Source: Chloroflexota bacterium (GTDB lineage: Bacteria; Chloroflexota; Anaerolineae; Anaerolineales; E44-bin32). Taken from it: DNA of 47,759 nt. The stretch spans positions 1 to 47,759 of the forward strand of contig JAPUGV010000277.1 in NCBI GenBank assembly GCA_027298025.1, written 5' to 3'. The position numbers and the translations under genes were made by a program. Of the stretch, positions 18,059 through 28,602 are shown piece by piece. Numbering within the stretch: position 1 is the first letter of the stretch; every line of letters begins with the position of its first letter. A model generated the notes under the pieces. It was not told where the DNA came from and did not search any database. It saw nothing but the letters and a program-made list of their open reading frames with translations.

Positions 18059-19486
18059 ATGGAAGCGGTTCCCATCAAGTTCGGGACCGACGGTTGGCGC
18101 GGCCGAATTGCAGATAACTACACATTTTCTTCCGTCCGCCGCTGCGCGGACGGTTTTGCAAAGTACCTAGCTGAAGCGGAAGGCAAGGGCCGGCCGGTAG
18201 TCGTAGGTTACGATCAACGGTTCGCCTCCGAATTGTTTGCGGCGGCTGCATCTGAAGTTCTGGCCGGACACGGTTTCCAGGTTCTGCTGACGCAAGAAGC
18301 CACTCCAACTCCCGCTATTTCGCACGCGGTGATGGAGCACGGTGCGGTTGGCGCGGTCAACATCACGGCCTCCCACAACCCCCCTGCAGACAACGGCTTT
18401 AAGGTGCGCAACAGGTATGGTGCAGCGATCGGTCCTCAGAATCTGAAGCGGATCGAAAACTTCATTCCGGATACAGCGGAACACGTGGCTAAAGTTCGGC
18501 TGAACGAGGGGCTGAATTCTGGATCCATCACATACATTGACCCCGGCCCTGCCTACGTGGCCAAGATTGAAACCCTGGTCGATTTGGATCGCATCCGAAA
18601 CGCTGGCTTGAACGTGCTGATCGACGCGATGTGGGGCAACGGCGCAGGTTGGTTCCCTCGCCTGCTTGACGGCGCATCCACTCAAGTTTCAGAAATCCAC
18701 CACGAGCGAAATCCGGTCTTTCCCGAAATGAGCAGGCCGGAACCCATCCCACCCAACGTAGATGTGGGACTTTCCACAACCGTTGAATCCGGAGCCGATG
18801 TTCTAGTGATTACGGACGGGGATGCGGATAGGGTGGGCATCGGCGATGAACGCGGCTCCTTTATCGACCAGCTTCGCGTCTACGGACTGCTGGCATATTA
18901 CCTTCTTGAAGTGCGCGGAGAACGCGGGCCGATCGTCAAGACCCTGTCAACTACCTATCTGTTGCTTAAGCTGGCAGAAATGTACGACGTGCCCATCTAT
19001 GAGACAGGAGTGGGTTTCAAGTACGTAGCTCCCAAGATGCTCGAGGTCGACGCGCTGATTGGAGGCGAGGAATCCGGAGGGTTCGCCTTCCGCGGACATG
19101 TCCCGGAGCGAGACGGAATACTCGCCGGCCTGTACATTCTGGACATGATGGTTCAGCTTGAGCGCAAGCCATCGGAATTAATTCAACTACTGTTCGATCG
19201 CGTAGGCCCGAGCTATTACAAGCGCATCGACACACCCTTGGAGGCAAGCGAGCGAGCGGAAAAGCAGGCCCTTGCCGAGAGCGCGGACCCGGACCAAATC
19301 GGCGGGCTAAAAGTCACGAGTGTCAACCGCACCGATGGGCACAAATTCGAGCTTGAAGATGGCGGCTGGCTGCTGGTTCGCTTTTCCGGCACCGAGCCTG
19401 TGGTACGTGTCTACTGTGAGACCACGGAAGAGCAGCGGGTGGATCCGATCCTTGCCGATGGATTAGAACTCATTGGGCTGCAATGA
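18059..19486 (+). CDS. phosphoglucomutase/phosphomannomutase family protein
   Basis: [24 protein letters not shown] and RFSGTEP motifs. Confidence 0.93.
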   Translation: MEAVPIKFGTDGWRGRIADNYTFSSVRRCADGFAKYLAEAEGKGRPVVVGYDQRFASELFAAAASEVLAGHGFQVLLTQEATPTPAISHAVMEHGAVGAVNITASHNPPADNGFKVRNRYGAAIGPQNLKRIENFIPDTAEHVAKVRLNEGLNSGSITYIDPGPAYVAKIETLVDLDRIRNAGLNVLIDAMWGNGAGWFPRLLDGASTQVSEIHHERNPVFPEMSRPEPIPPNVDVGLSTTVESGADVLVITDGDADRVGIGDERGSFIDQLRVYGLLAYYLLEVRGERGPIVKTLSTTYLLLKLAEMYDVPIYETGVGFKYVAPKMLEVDALIGGEESGGFAFRGHVPERDGILAGLYILDMMVQLERKPSELIQLLFDRVGPSYYKRIDTPLEASERAEKQALAESADPDQIGGLKVTSVNRTDGHKFELEDGGWLLVRFSGTEPVVRVYCETTEEQRVDPILADGLELIGLQ

Positions 19487-20292
19487 AGCCTCTGACGGAT
19501 ACGCACTGTCATCTGTCGCTGGATCAATTCACGGGCGAGTTGGATCCGATTCTCAAACGCGCGCGCGCGGCAGGAGTTGGGCGCCTGGTAATCCCCGGGA
19601 TCGATATTGAAACTAGCCGGCGGGCGGTCGAGATTGCCGAGGGGCTGGCAGGAATCTATGCTTCCGTTGGCGTCCACCCGCACAACGCGTCAAGCTATTC
19701 TGACTCGGCGAGGGATCGCCTTCGCGAGTTGGCGCGCTCCCCGGCCGTCGTGGCGGTAGGAGAGATCGGGCTGGACTACTATCGGGATCATTCGCCGCGC
19801 GATCAACAGGTCGCGGCGCTGATCGATCAGCTGTCGCTGGCCCGTGAATTGGAGTTACCGGTCATCATTCACAATCGTGAGGCCCAGGAAGAGCTATTTG
19901 AAGTTCTGTTAGAATGGGCGCCGACGGTGGCCGGGACCAAGAAAGGCGTTCTGCACGCCTTTTCCGGCACCCGCGCGAGCGCCGAGACTGCTGTATCATC
20001 GGGATTCTTCATTGGAGTAGCGGGACCACTAACATATCCGAGCGCCGAGGAGCTCCGCCAAACAATCCAAGATCTTCCCCAAGATCGGCTGCTATTGGAG
20101 ACTGATTCACCCTATCTCCCCCCACAACCGCATCGGGGTCAGCGAAACGAGCCGGCATATTTGCCGCTCATTGCCGAAGAGTTGGGCCGATTGACGGGCG
20201 GAGAGATCGACAAGGTGATCGCTTACACTTCAAGGAACGCAAGCTACTTATTTGGTTGGCTGAATGGAAGCGCGAACTCTATCCTTTCCTGA
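19483..20292 (+). CDS. tatD: TatD family nuclease
   Basis: DTHCH, GVHPH, GEIGLDY, IHNRE and ETDSPYL motifs. Confidence 0.93.
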   Translation: MKPLTDTHCHLSLDQFTGELDPILKRARAAGVGRLVIPGIDIETSRRAVEIAEGLAGIYASVGVHPHNASSYSDSARDRLRELARSPAVVAVGEIGLDYYRDHSPRDQQVAALIDQLSLARELELPVIIHNREAQEELFEVLLEWAPTVAGTKKGVLHAFSGTRASAETAVSSGFFIGVAGPLTYPSAEELRQTIQDLPQDRLLLETDSPYLPPQPHRGQRNEPAYLPLIAEELGRLTGGEIDKVIAYTSRNASYLFGWLNGSANSILS

Positions 20293-21238
20293 ACTTGTTG
20301 CGGACGGCCTTACTGCTGTCGAGGCCCGCATGCGTGCGGGAATGGTGGCAGAGCTGCCGGCTTTGGGGGCTGCCATCGACCAGCTGCTCAGCTCGGGCGG
20401 CAAGCGCATCCGCCCCACCCTGGTGCTCTTAGCCGGGGGCCTGCTGGACGCGGACCGCGAACGCACGGTCACCTTGGCTGCAGCCGCGGAACTGCTCCAT
20501 ACTGCCACGCTTGTCCATGACGATCTAATCGACGGCGCACTTCTGCGCCGCGGTTTTCCCACCCTCAACGCGCAGATGGAGGATGGCGCCACCGTCCTGA
20601 TTGGCGACTACATTTTTGCGCGCGCCGCGCACCTAGCAGCTGAGACGGAGTCGCTACCGCTGATCAAAAAATTCGCCACGACGCTTGCGATCATCGTTAA
20701 TGGTGAGCTCGATCAGCTCCTCGGCTCTGCCACCGGAGACCATCGCCGTGATTACTTCGATCGAGTGTACGCCAAAACCGGCTCCCTATTCGAGTTGGCC
20801 GCCGAATCCCCAGCGCTGATTGCGGGCGCTGAACAGGGCACGATACGCGCGATGAAGAAATTCGGCCGTCAGATCGGCGTAGCTTTCCAGATCGTGGACG
20901 ACATCCTCGATTTCACTGGAAATGCCGACCTGGTGGGAAAGCCAGTGGGTGGCGATCTGCGCCAGGGGTTGATCACCCTGCCAACGATTTATCACCTGGA
21001 GGCCAATCCCGATGACTCCGACAAGATTGATGCGCTTGTTGCAGGCACACTCGACGCGGAGCAGGCTGCGCGGTTAGTTGAGACGATCCGCCACTCTGGC
21101 GCTGTGGGTAAAGCGCTGGATGAAGCATCGGATTACATTGAATCGTGCATTAGACTGCTGGACGATTTCCCATCCGATCGCCCCGAGCATCTTGCGCTCA
21201 TTGAACTGGCGAAGTACGTGCTCAACCGCACGCTATGA
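20264..21238 (+). CDS. long-chain trans-polyprenyl diphosphate synthase
   Basis: [20 protein letters not shown] and FQIVDDILD motifs. Confidence 0.92.
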   Translation: MEARTLSFPELVADGLTAVEARMRAGMVAELPALGAAIDQLLSSGGKRIRPTLVLLAGGLLDADRERTVTLAAAAELLHTATLVHDDLIDGALLRRGFPTLNAQMEDGATVLIGDYIFARAAHLAAETESLPLIKKFATTLAIIVNGELDQLLGSATGDHRRDYFDRVYAKTGSLFELAAESPALIAGAEQGTIRAMKKFGRQIGVAFQIVDDILDFTGNADLVGKPVGGDLRQGLITLPTIYHLEANPDDSDKIDALVAGTLDAEQAARLVETIRHSGAVGKALDEASDYIESCIRLLDDFPSDRPEHLALIELAKYVLNRTL

Positions 21239-21858
21239 CGGTTCATATCTCCCGACACCCACTCGTCGCTCACAAACTCACCAGAATTCGGGATAGTAGT
21301 ACCGAACCTAAGAAATTTCGGGAGCTTATCCGTGAGATTTCGGCGCTGCTGACCTATGAGGCTACGCAAGACCTGGGGGTCGATCCGGTGAGAGTTACCA
21401 CTCCACTGGAGGAGACGGATGGCTCCGATTTGGCGGAAAAGGTCGGGCTGGTCCCGATTCTTCGCGCGGGTCTAGGCATGGTCGAAGGTGTTTGGGAGCT
21501 CATGCCTTCCGCAGAGGTATGGCACATCGGTCTTTACCGAGATGAGGAAACCTTTCGCCCCGTTGAGTACTACAACAAGCTGCCGGTAACGCCTACAGTC
21601 GCGGTCTGTTTGGTTCTCGATCCCATGCTAGCTACTGGCGGCTCGGCGGTTGCAACCGTTGATATTCTTAAGCGCTGGGGGGTCGGCCGCGTCAAGTTCG
21701 TGGGATTGATCGGTGCCCCCGAGGGGATTACAAATCTGGAAGAGCACCATCCAGACGTCCCGATTCATCTGGCCGCGGCCGACGAACGCCTCAATGATCG
21801 AGCCTTCATCGTCCCCGGCTTAGGTGATGCCGGCGATCGGCAATTTGGAACCGCCTAG
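21235..21858 (+). CDS. upp: uracil phosphoribosyltransferase
   Basis: [21 protein letters not shown] and [11 protein letters not shown]. Confidence 0.97.
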   Translation: MTVHISRHPLVAHKLTRIRDSSTEPKKFRELIREISALLTYEATQDLGVDPVRVTTPLEETDGSDLAEKVGLVPILRAGLGMVEGVWELMPSAEVWHIGLYRDEETFRPVEYYNKLPVTPTVAVCLVLDPMLATGGSAVATVDILKRWGVGRVKFVGLIGAPEGITNLEEHHPDVPIHLAAADERLNDRAFIVPGLGDAGDRQFGTA

Positions 21859-21903
21859 CTGCGCCCAGAAGCCCTGGTTCGGAAACCGTCCGATTGAAAT
21901 GCG

Positions 21904-23595
21904 CTAAGAGCTTAGCGCGGCCTGGTATCCCTGCAAATGTCCGACCAACCAGGATGGCTTGCGCGGTCGCAGGAGCAGCTCATGGGTGAGTTGCAGCGCC
22001 TGCTCGTCATTGCCCGCCTGATGAAGGACATCGATCATTACTGCGTTGGCGAGAATATCCTCCGGGGAGGCGACGAGCACTCCTTCCAACATGCCAGCTG
22101 CAGCCTCCGCTTGTCCGACGTATAGAAGCGATCGCGCATCAAGGCTCTCCAGTGGGGCCCAGTCCGGAGAGATGTCGTATAGCGCATTAATTGCGGGAAA
22201 CATTGCTCCAGATTCAGCGCCCAGGAAGAGCGCTTGCGAGAGCAGATTGGATACCCGCAAATCGTCCCCCGGTTTCGCTCCCGTAAGCTCCAAGCCATTG
22301 ATTAGAGCTTCTGCAGCGCTCATATAATTGGCTTGTTCCAAGTAAAGCTCCGAGGCTTTGGTAAATTCGGATTTCGCCGGCGCTAGATCGCCCTCAGCTG
22401 CCAGCGCATGAGCAAGCTCGAGGTGGGCCTCGGGATTCTCAGGATTCTCATTAATCCACTGCCATGCTGAAGGGATTGCACCTTGAGCAGGGCCATCGAA
22501 CGGGTCCGGCGGGGCGTGATCCACTGAGGCCACCGCCGGTCGCTGGCTTCCATGCTGGTTTCCAGCATCCACCTGCTCCCCGGCCGCGCCGCCCATCGCG
22601 AACCCAAACGTCACCAAACTCAGCAGTGCAAACGCCAGCCCCCCACCAACCCAGGCCCAGCGCCTGGGCCGGGGCCTGATCTCCAGCTCTGCGATTGGAT
22701 CCACAGCCGGTTCTGCAACCGTTTCCACGGACATCGAGGCCCCGGCTTCTTGCTCGTCCCACGGAGAGATGCCGCGGGCGGCCTTGTCGAACGCCTCCAC
22801 AAGCTCCTCCACCGACGCGAAACGATCGGGGCGATCCTTCGCCAGCGCCTTCAGAAGCACCCGCTCTAGATCTACGGGAATCTTGTCGTTGATCGAGCGC
22901 GGCATGGGGAGAGGTGTGTAGAGGTGATCGTGAATGATCGAAAAAGGAGTATCCGAACTGTATGGCACGCGCCCCACCGCCAGCTGATAAAGCACAATTC
23001 CAAACGAATAGATGTCGGTCCCTTCATCGAGGTCCCGCGCTCCGCGTGCCTGCTCGGGCGAGATGTAATGAGGAGTGCCCAGAAGTTGGTCTCCAGAGAG
23101 GGTCGACTGGCCGGCTTCTGCCATACGTGCCAGACCAAAGTCAGCTAGATAGACGTTCCCCGATTCTGTTAGCAAGATATTGGAGGGCTTGACGTCACGG
23201 TGTAGCACACCTTGGCTATGGGCATAGGTGAGTGCGCTGCCGACCGACTGAACGATGCTGAGAATCTGTTCCTTGCTCGGCCACCCACGATCGAGGACCG
23301 CCTTCAAAGTTTCTCCCTCGATAAATTTCATGACCAGATAAGATTGGCCGTTGTGATCTGCATAATCGAATACCGGCACGATATTAGAATGATCGAGTTT
23401 GGCAACCACGCGCGCTTCACGCGTAAAGCGTTCAAGAAACTGTGGATCCTGCATAAAGGCTGGATGCAGCACTTTGATCGCGACGTAGCGATCTAAATTC
23501 GGGTGGTAGGCCTTGAATACCGTCGCCATGCCCCCCTGGCCGAGCTGCTCGATGATACGGTACGGTCCGACGTTTTCGCCTTGTTGAAATGGCAT
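21904..23595 (-). CDS. Hanks-type Ser/Thr kinase with TM helix and TPR-like C-terminal domain
   Basis: GQGGMATV, VAIK, HRDVKPSN, DFG, GTPHYISPE; central TM helix; helical repeats such as NPENPEAHLELA. Confidence 0.92.
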   Translation of the reverse strand: MPFQQGENVGPYRIIEQLGQGGMATVFKAYHPNLDRYVAIKVLHPAFMQDPQFLERFTREARVVAKLDHSNIVPVFDYADHNGQSYLVMKFIEGETLKAVLDRGWPSKEQILSIVQSVGSALTYAHSQGVLHRDVKPSNILLTESGNVYLADFGLARMAEAGQSTLSGDQLLGTPHYISPEQARGARDLDEGTDIYSFGIVLYQLAVGRVPYSSDTPFSIIHDHLYTPLPMPRSINDKIPVDLERVLLKALAKDRPDRFASVEELVEAFDKAARGISPWDEQEAGASMSVETVAEPAVDPIAELEIRPRPRRWAWVGGGLAFALLSLVTFGFAMGGAAGEQVDAGNQHGSQRPAVASVDHAPPDPFDGPAQGAIPSAWQWINENPENPEAHLELAHALAAEGDLAPAKSEFTKASELYLEQANYMSAAEALINGLELTGAKPGDDLRVSNLLSQALFLGAESGAMFPAINALYDISPDWAPLESLDARSLLYVGQAEAAAGMLEGVLVASPEDILANAVMIDVLHQAGNDEQALQLTHELLLRPRKPSWLVGHLQGYQAALSS

Positions 23596-23708
23596 TAGAT
23601 TCCTTTGAGCATAAGCCTAGGACCCTCAAATTATGGAGAGAATATGGGGATGTGACCAGTGAGTAAATTGTCAGGGCGAACGACATAGAAGACTGAGGGG
23701 TTAGCGAA

Positions 23709-24881
23709 CTAGGCCTGGAGTACCGCAAGTCCTGGCAGCGGCTTACCCTCCAGTAAGGCGAGCGCGGCGCCGCCTCCGGTCGAGAGGTGGGTGAACTGAT
23801 TTGCCAGGCCCGCCTGTCGAACGGCGGCCGCCGAATCTCCGCCTCCCACAATGCTCAAGGCACCACTTTGTGCAATGGCCGCAGCGAGGCCGACCGTTCC
23901 TGCTGCAAATGGTGCAAGCTCAAAGACCCCCATGGGCCCGTTCCAAAATACGGTCCCCGCTTGACCGACCGCGTGGGTGAAGGCTTCGAGCGTTTGTGGC
24001 CCAATATCCAGCACCTGCCAGCCACTAGGCACGTTGCCAACTTCCACCACTTGCGTGGCGGCTTCGGGCGAGAAGGCATCTGCCGCGACGGCGTCAGCAG
24101 GAAGGTGCAATTTTTCCTTGGCTTTCTCGATCAATTCCAGAGCCACCTCGTATGATCCAGGTTCTACCAGCGAATTGGCCATATCGTGGCCCTGCGCCGC
24201 CAGGAACGTATTGGCGATGCCCCCGCCGATTAACAACGCCTCCGCGCGCTCGATCAGGCTGCCCACGACGCCGATCTTGTCCGAGATCTTGGCTCCACCC
24301 AGCACTGCAACAAACGGGCGTGCAGGATCCTGGAGGGCGATCTCCAGAAACTGAAGCTCGCGCTCAATCAGCATCCCTGCTGCGCTAGGCAGGTAGTGCG
24401 CAACTCCTACAGTGGAGGCGTGGGCCCGATGCACGGTGCCAAATGCGTCGTTCACGTAAACATCACCCAGGGCCGCAAGCTCGCGCGCAAAATCGGCCTG
24501 ATTGCCCGTTTCATGTGGGCTGAAGCGGGTGTTCTCCAGAAGCAGCAGTTCGCCCGGCCCCAGGGCCTGCGCCGCCTCGGTCGCTTCCGAGCCCACCGTC
24601 TGGTCAACGAAGCCAACCGGCTTTCCAACCAATCGCTCCAGGCCATCCGCGATCGGTCGCATAGAGAGCTGCGCCACCACTTTCCCTTTCGGTCTGCCCA
24701 GGTGTGAGCAAATGACTATCCTGGCTTCATGTTCCAACAAATACTGGATGGTGGGCAGCGCGGCACGGATTCGCGCATCATCCGTAATGACGCCCTCTTT
24801 CATCGGCACATTGAAATCAACGCGAAGGAGCACTCGACGGCCGCGCAGATCGAGGTCGCGTAGAGTCCTTAATTTTCCCAC
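23709..24881 (-). CDS. pgk: phosphoglycerate kinase
   Basis: RVDFNVP, SHLGRP, NDAFGTVHRAHAS and HLSTGGGA. Confidence 0.97.
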   Translation of the reverse strand: MGKLRTLRDLDLRGRRVLLRVDFNVPMKEGVITDDARIRAALPTIQYLLEHEARIVICSHLGRPKGKVVAQLSMRPIADGLERLVGKPVGFVDQTVGSEATEAAQALGPGELLLLENTRFSPHETGNQADFARELAALGDVYVNDAFGTVHRAHASTVGVAHYLPSAAGMLIERELQFLEIALQDPARPFVAVLGGAKISDKIGVVGSLIERAEALLIGGGIANTFLAAQGHDMANSLVEPGSYEVALELIEKAKEKLHLPADAVAADAFSPEAATQVVEVGNVPSGWQVLDIGPQTLEAFTHAVGQAGTVFWNGPMGVFELAPFAAGTVGLAAAIAQSGALSIVGGGDSAAAVRQAGLANQFTHLSTGGGAALALLEGKPLPGLAVLQA

Positions 24882-24890
24882 GGCGTATAG

Positions 24891-25901
24891 CTAAAGGGAC
24901 TTGGCCATATAGGCGGCTAAATCAGCAGTTCGAACGGAGTAGCCCCATTCATTGTCGTACCACGATACGACTTTGGCCAGATTGCCGTCCATCACCATCG
25001 TGAACTGTGCATCGATGATGCTCGAGCGGGGATCCATCTTGAAGTCGGAGCTGACCAGCGGTTCCTCGCTGAAGCCAAGGATTCCCTCCATCGGACCTAC
25101 CGAGGCCGCCTGAAATGCTTTGTGAAGATCCTCGGTGGTGGCCTCTCGCTCCAGCAGCGCAACGAAGTCGACTACGGAGACGGTTGAAGTTGGCACGCGC
25201 ATGGAAAATCCATCGAATTTGCCTTCGAGTTCGGGAATCACCCGCGATACGGCTCGCGCCGCGCCTGTGGTGGTCGGAACGATGTTCAACGCCGCCGCCC
25301 GCGCGCGCCGCAGGTCCTTGTGTGGCAGATCCAGCAGCCGCTGACCTGCGGTGTAGGAGTGAATGGTCGTCATCAAAGCCTTCTCGATCCCAAACTCATC
25401 CTGCACGACCTTTGCCGCAGGCGCCAGGCAGTTCGTTGTGCAACTGGCATTGGAGACCACGTGGTGGGTCGCAGGGTCGTACATACCCTCGTTCACACCC
25501 AAGACGATCGTCACGTCAGGATCCTTGGAAGGGGCGCTGATGATCACTTTCTTGGCCCCGGCCTGCAGGTGCTGGGAGGCTTGCGCGTGGGTCCGGAAGA
25601 TGCCGGTTGATTCGATGACGATATGGACGCCCAAATCATCCCAGGGCAACTTGGCGGGCTCAGGCTCGGAGAGGGCTTTGATTAGGTCACCATTCACCCT
25701 AAGTCCATCGTCCGTCACCTCGACCGTGCCCTCGTACTTCCCGTAGTTCGAGTCGTACCTAAACAGATGGGCCATCGTGGCCAGATCCCCGAGGTCATTG
25801 AAGGCCACGATGTCAAACTCATTCGAGTACTGTCCCACCATCACTTTCAGGACCTGCCGACCAATCCGGCCCAGGCCGTTGATTCCGATACGTGTCGCCA
25901 T
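24891..25901 (-). CDS. gap: type I glyceraldehyde-3-phosphate dehydrogenase
   Basis: [18 protein letters not shown] and WYDNEWGYS; start at ATG 25901 (SD GGAGAG), alternative GTG 25934. Confidence 0.97.
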   Translation of the reverse strand: MATRIGINGLGRIGRQVLKVMVGQYSNEFDIVAFNDLGDLATMAHLFRYDSNYGKYEGTVEVTDDGLRVNGDLIKALSEPEPAKLPWDDLGVHIVIESTGIFRTHAQASQHLQAGAKKVIISAPSKDPDVTIVLGVNEGMYDPATHHVVSNASCTTNCLAPAAKVVQDEFGIEKALMTTIHSYTAGQRLLDLPHKDLRRARAAALNIVPTTTGAARAVSRVIPELEGKFDGFSMRVPTSTVSVVDFVALLEREATTEDLHKAFQAASVGPMEGILGFSEEPLVSSDFKMDPRSSIIDAQFTMVMDGNLAKVVSWYDNEWGYSVRTADLAAYMAKSL

Positions 25902-26000
25902 GAGTCTCTCCGATTCCGAGGATTCCGTCGCCACGCTCTCGCCGCGTCTGATCGAAAGCTTTGCATGGGATCCCCTGGATTGATGTGATTTGGGGCGTTG

Positions 26001-27329
26001 CTAATTCAATTCGCCGACTTGCTCGACTTGCGCCGCTTTTGGCCACTCGAGCGGACCCGTTCTCTCCTCAAGGAGCGAGATTAGCCGTTCCGCGAGTTGC
26101 TCAGAATGGTGCCGCCAGGGGTTATCGTGGTCAATGAGATCGGCAGCGTAGAAAGGCACATCCCTGAGGCCCTCTGCCGGCGGCCCCACTAGCGAAACGC
26201 CTTTTGACAGGGCCGTGTCCAGGCAGTCGTTGGCCACCACCACATCCACCAGACCATCACCGGTGTGGCGAGTCAAGGCCGTCCAATGTGCTTCGCAATC
26301 GTAGTCATCGGTCTCGCCCTTCTGCGTGGCTACGTTGCAGACGTAGACTCGGAATGCTCGGCTCGATCGGACGGCGTCCGCGATGTCAGGAACCAGCAGA
26401 TTCGGCAGTACGCTCGTGTACAGACTTCCAGGTCCGATGATAATCATGTCGGCGTTTAGCAGCGCATGGATCGCCTCGGGATAGGCGGGCGGATCCGATG
26501 GCTCAAGGTACACCCGACGGATCTGACCCGGCACCTCTGGGATTCGGCTCTCACCCTCAACGCGGATGGTTCGGGATTCCAGCGCGGGCGTCTTGTCGGC
26601 CGCGAGCGAGACATCGGCCAAGGTGGAAGGCAAGACCCGACCCCTTATGGCTAAGACCCGGCCCGCCTCCAGAATGCCGCGGTCGAAGCTACCGGTAACT
26701 CCGCTCAGGGCCGCAATGAATAGGTTGCCGAATGAATGCCCTTCCAGCTCTTCTCCCTCAAGAAACCGGTATTGAAAGAGCTGCGTCAGCAGGTCTTCAT
26801 CGTCGGATAGCGCCGCCAGACAACTCCGTAGATCGCCCGGCGGCGGCAGGCCCAGGGATCGACGTAGCCGGCCGGAAGATCCCCCATCGTCGGCCATGGT
26901 CACGATAGCCGCTAAATTGCCGGTGTGCGTCTTAAGGCCTCTTAGAAGCGTCGCCAGGCCGGTCCCGCCGCCAATGGCCACGATCTTGGGGCCCCTGCCC
27001 AGTCGACGATGCCGGGCCACGACTTCCACGACCCGCTTGCCAGGCTTTACGTACGGGCTGAGGAGACTGCGATTGAGACGAAATAGCGCAAATAGCGAGG
27101 CTGCTACCCCTGTGAGTCCCACCAAGCTCGCTATGACGCCGACCGGCAGTGAAGTGACATCGGTAAAACTTGGTTCGCCCGATAGCGCCGAAGCCCCGAT
27201 GGAGATCCCGAGCGCAGTCAGAAAGATTCCCACGATCAGGAGTACGATCCAGCGCTTTATACCCAAACCGGGCTGAAGCCAGCTCCACAGCGTCCTCAGA
27301 CGGGTGTGGTCCGTCGATTTGGCACCCAC
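26001..27329 (-). CDS. yvcK: YvcK/GlmR/CuvA family UDP-GlcNAc-binding protein with N-terminal TM extension
   Basis: GGGTG, DDGGSSGRLR, PPGDLR, GHSFGNL and GPGSLYTS; two N-terminal hydrophobic helices. Confidence 0.92.
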   Translation of the reverse strand: MGAKSTDHTRLRTLWSWLQPGLGIKRWIVLLIVGIFLTALGISIGASALSGEPSFTDVTSLPVGVIASLVGLTGVAASLFALFRLNRSLLSPYVKPGKRVVEVVARHRRLGRGPKIVAIGGGTGLATLLRGLKTHTGNLAAIVTMADDGGSSGRLRRSLGLPPPGDLRSCLAALSDDEDLLTQLFQYRFLEGEELEGHSFGNLFIAALSGVTGSFDRGILEAGRVLAIRGRVLPSTLADVSLAADKTPALESRTIRVEGESRIPEVPGQIRRVYLEPSDPPAYPEAIHALLNADMIIIGPGSLYTSVLPNLLVPDIADAVRSSRAFRVYVCNVATQKGETDDYDCEAHWTALTRHTGDGLVDVVVANDCLDTALSKGVSLVGPPAEGLRDVPFYAADLIDHDNPWRHHSEQLAERLISLLEERTGPLEWPKAAQVEQVGELN

Positions 27330-27335
27330 GCCGCG

Positions 27336-27344
27336 ACTATACCA
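27336..27344 (-). promoter_or_regulatory. extended -10 TGgTATAGT, leaderless yvcK
   Basis: 6 nt between the hexamer and GTG 27329. Confidence 0.65.
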
Positions 27345-27399
27345 AAGACCCAGTCGAGTGTCTACTGAGACCCCCGCACCGCCGTGGCAAGGCGGGAGG

Positions 27400-27405
27400 T
27401 ATAAT
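27400..27405 (+). promoter_or_regulatory. -10 TATAAT for the sugar ABC ATPase
   Basis: Perfect hexamer, with SD GGAGGAGG downstream. Confidence 0.65.
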
Positions 27406-27442
27406 GCGAAATACGAGACTCTAACGCGGAGGAGGACGGCCG

Positions 27443-28546
27443 ATGGCTAGCGTAACCTACAATCACGTCTACAAGCGTTTCGATGATGTCGCAGCTGTCA
27501 ATAACATGAGTATTGAGATCGAAGACAAAGAATTCTTGGTGCTCGTGGGCCCCTCCGGCTCCGGAAAGACGACCGCATTGCGCCTGCTGGCCGGCCTGGA
27601 GGAGATTTCGGAGGGCCAAATCCTAATCGGCGATCGAGTGGTCAATGATGTGGCACCTAAGGATCGCGACATCGCCATGGTGTTTCAGTCTTATGCGCTC
27701 TACCCTCATATGTCGGTGTATGACAACATGGCCTTTGGCCTTAAGCTGCGGAAAACTCCGAAGGACGAAATTGAGAAGAGGGTGAAGAACGCGGCCGAGA
27801 TCCTGCGTATCGAAGAATTGCTCGACCGCAAACCCCGCCAGCTCTCTGGTGGACAGCGGCAGCGCGTGGCGGTGGGTCGGGCGATCGTGCGCGAGCCCAG
27901 CGTTTTCCTCTTCGATGAGCCACTCTCTAACTTGGACGCTAAGCTCCGCGTTCAGACCCGCGCCGAAATTACTAAGCTCCACCAACAGCTTGCCACGACC
28001 TTTGTCTACGTAACCCACGACCAGGTGGAGGCGATGACGATGGCCACGCGGATCGCAGTGATTCGGCGTGGCCTTATGCAGCAGGTCGATTCGCCCCAAA
28101 CTCTGTACGACCATCCCATGAACGTGTTCGTGGCCGGATTTATCGGATCTCCGGCGATGAACTTCTTTGATGCCAAGGTAGACCGATCGAATGGGCAGCT
28201 GATCATCGACTCCGAAGTGTTCAATGCCGTGGTTCCCGAGGCAAAGGCTTCGAGATACCAGGAGTACGTTGGAAAGCAGGTTGTCTTTGGCATTCGACCG
28301 GAAGACATCCACGATCCAAGTTTCACCCCCTCCGATGTTCAGACCTCGTTGGTAGAGGCAAAAGTGGATGTGACAGAGCTCATGGGAAGCGAGATCTTCC
28401 TTCATCTGGAGGCCAAGGGAAAAGCATTTGTTGGCCGAGTCGATCCACGCACATCCATGCGAGCCGGAAATGACGTCCAGGTGGCCTTCAACATGGAAAA
28501 CATCCATCTCTTTGAGAGAGAGGGTGATCAAGCGAGCATCATGTAA
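27443..28546 (+). CDS. stand-alone carbohydrate ABC ATPase (MsmX/MalK/UgpC family)
   Basis: [35 protein letters not shown] and GIRPE. Confidence 0.94.
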   Translation: MASVTYNHVYKRFDDVAAVNNMSIEIEDKEFLVLVGPSGSGKTTALRLLAGLEEISEGQILIGDRVVNDVAPKDRDIAMVFQSYALYPHMSVYDNMAFGLKLRKTPKDEIEKRVKNAAEILRIEELLDRKPRQLSGGQRQRVAVGRAIVREPSVFLFDEPLSNLDAKLRVQTRAEITKLHQQLATTFVYVTHDQVEAMTMATRIAVIRRGLMQQVDSPQTLYDHPMNVFVAGFIGSPAMNFFDAKVDRSNGQLIIDSEVFNAVVPEAKASRYQEYVGKQVVFGIRPEDIHDPSFTPSDVQTSLVEAKVDVTELMGSEIFLHLEAKGKAFVGRVDPRTSMRAGNDVQVAFNMENIHLFEREGDQASIM

Positions 28547-28568
28547 CCCTGCCAATGCCCGACTCGCA

Positions 28569-28594
28569 GCCCCCGGACACGGGGGCTTCTTCTT
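28569..28594 (+). terminator. intrinsic terminator-like hairpin after the ABC ATPase
   Basis: Stem GCCCCCG/CGGGGGC followed by TTCTTCTT. Confidence 0.65.
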
Positions 28595-28602
28595 GCCCGC
28601 CC

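Noticed and set aside
21859-21903. Two tiny hairpins between convergent upp and kinase genes
   Set aside because: 4-5 bp stems without U-tracts; too weak to call terminators.
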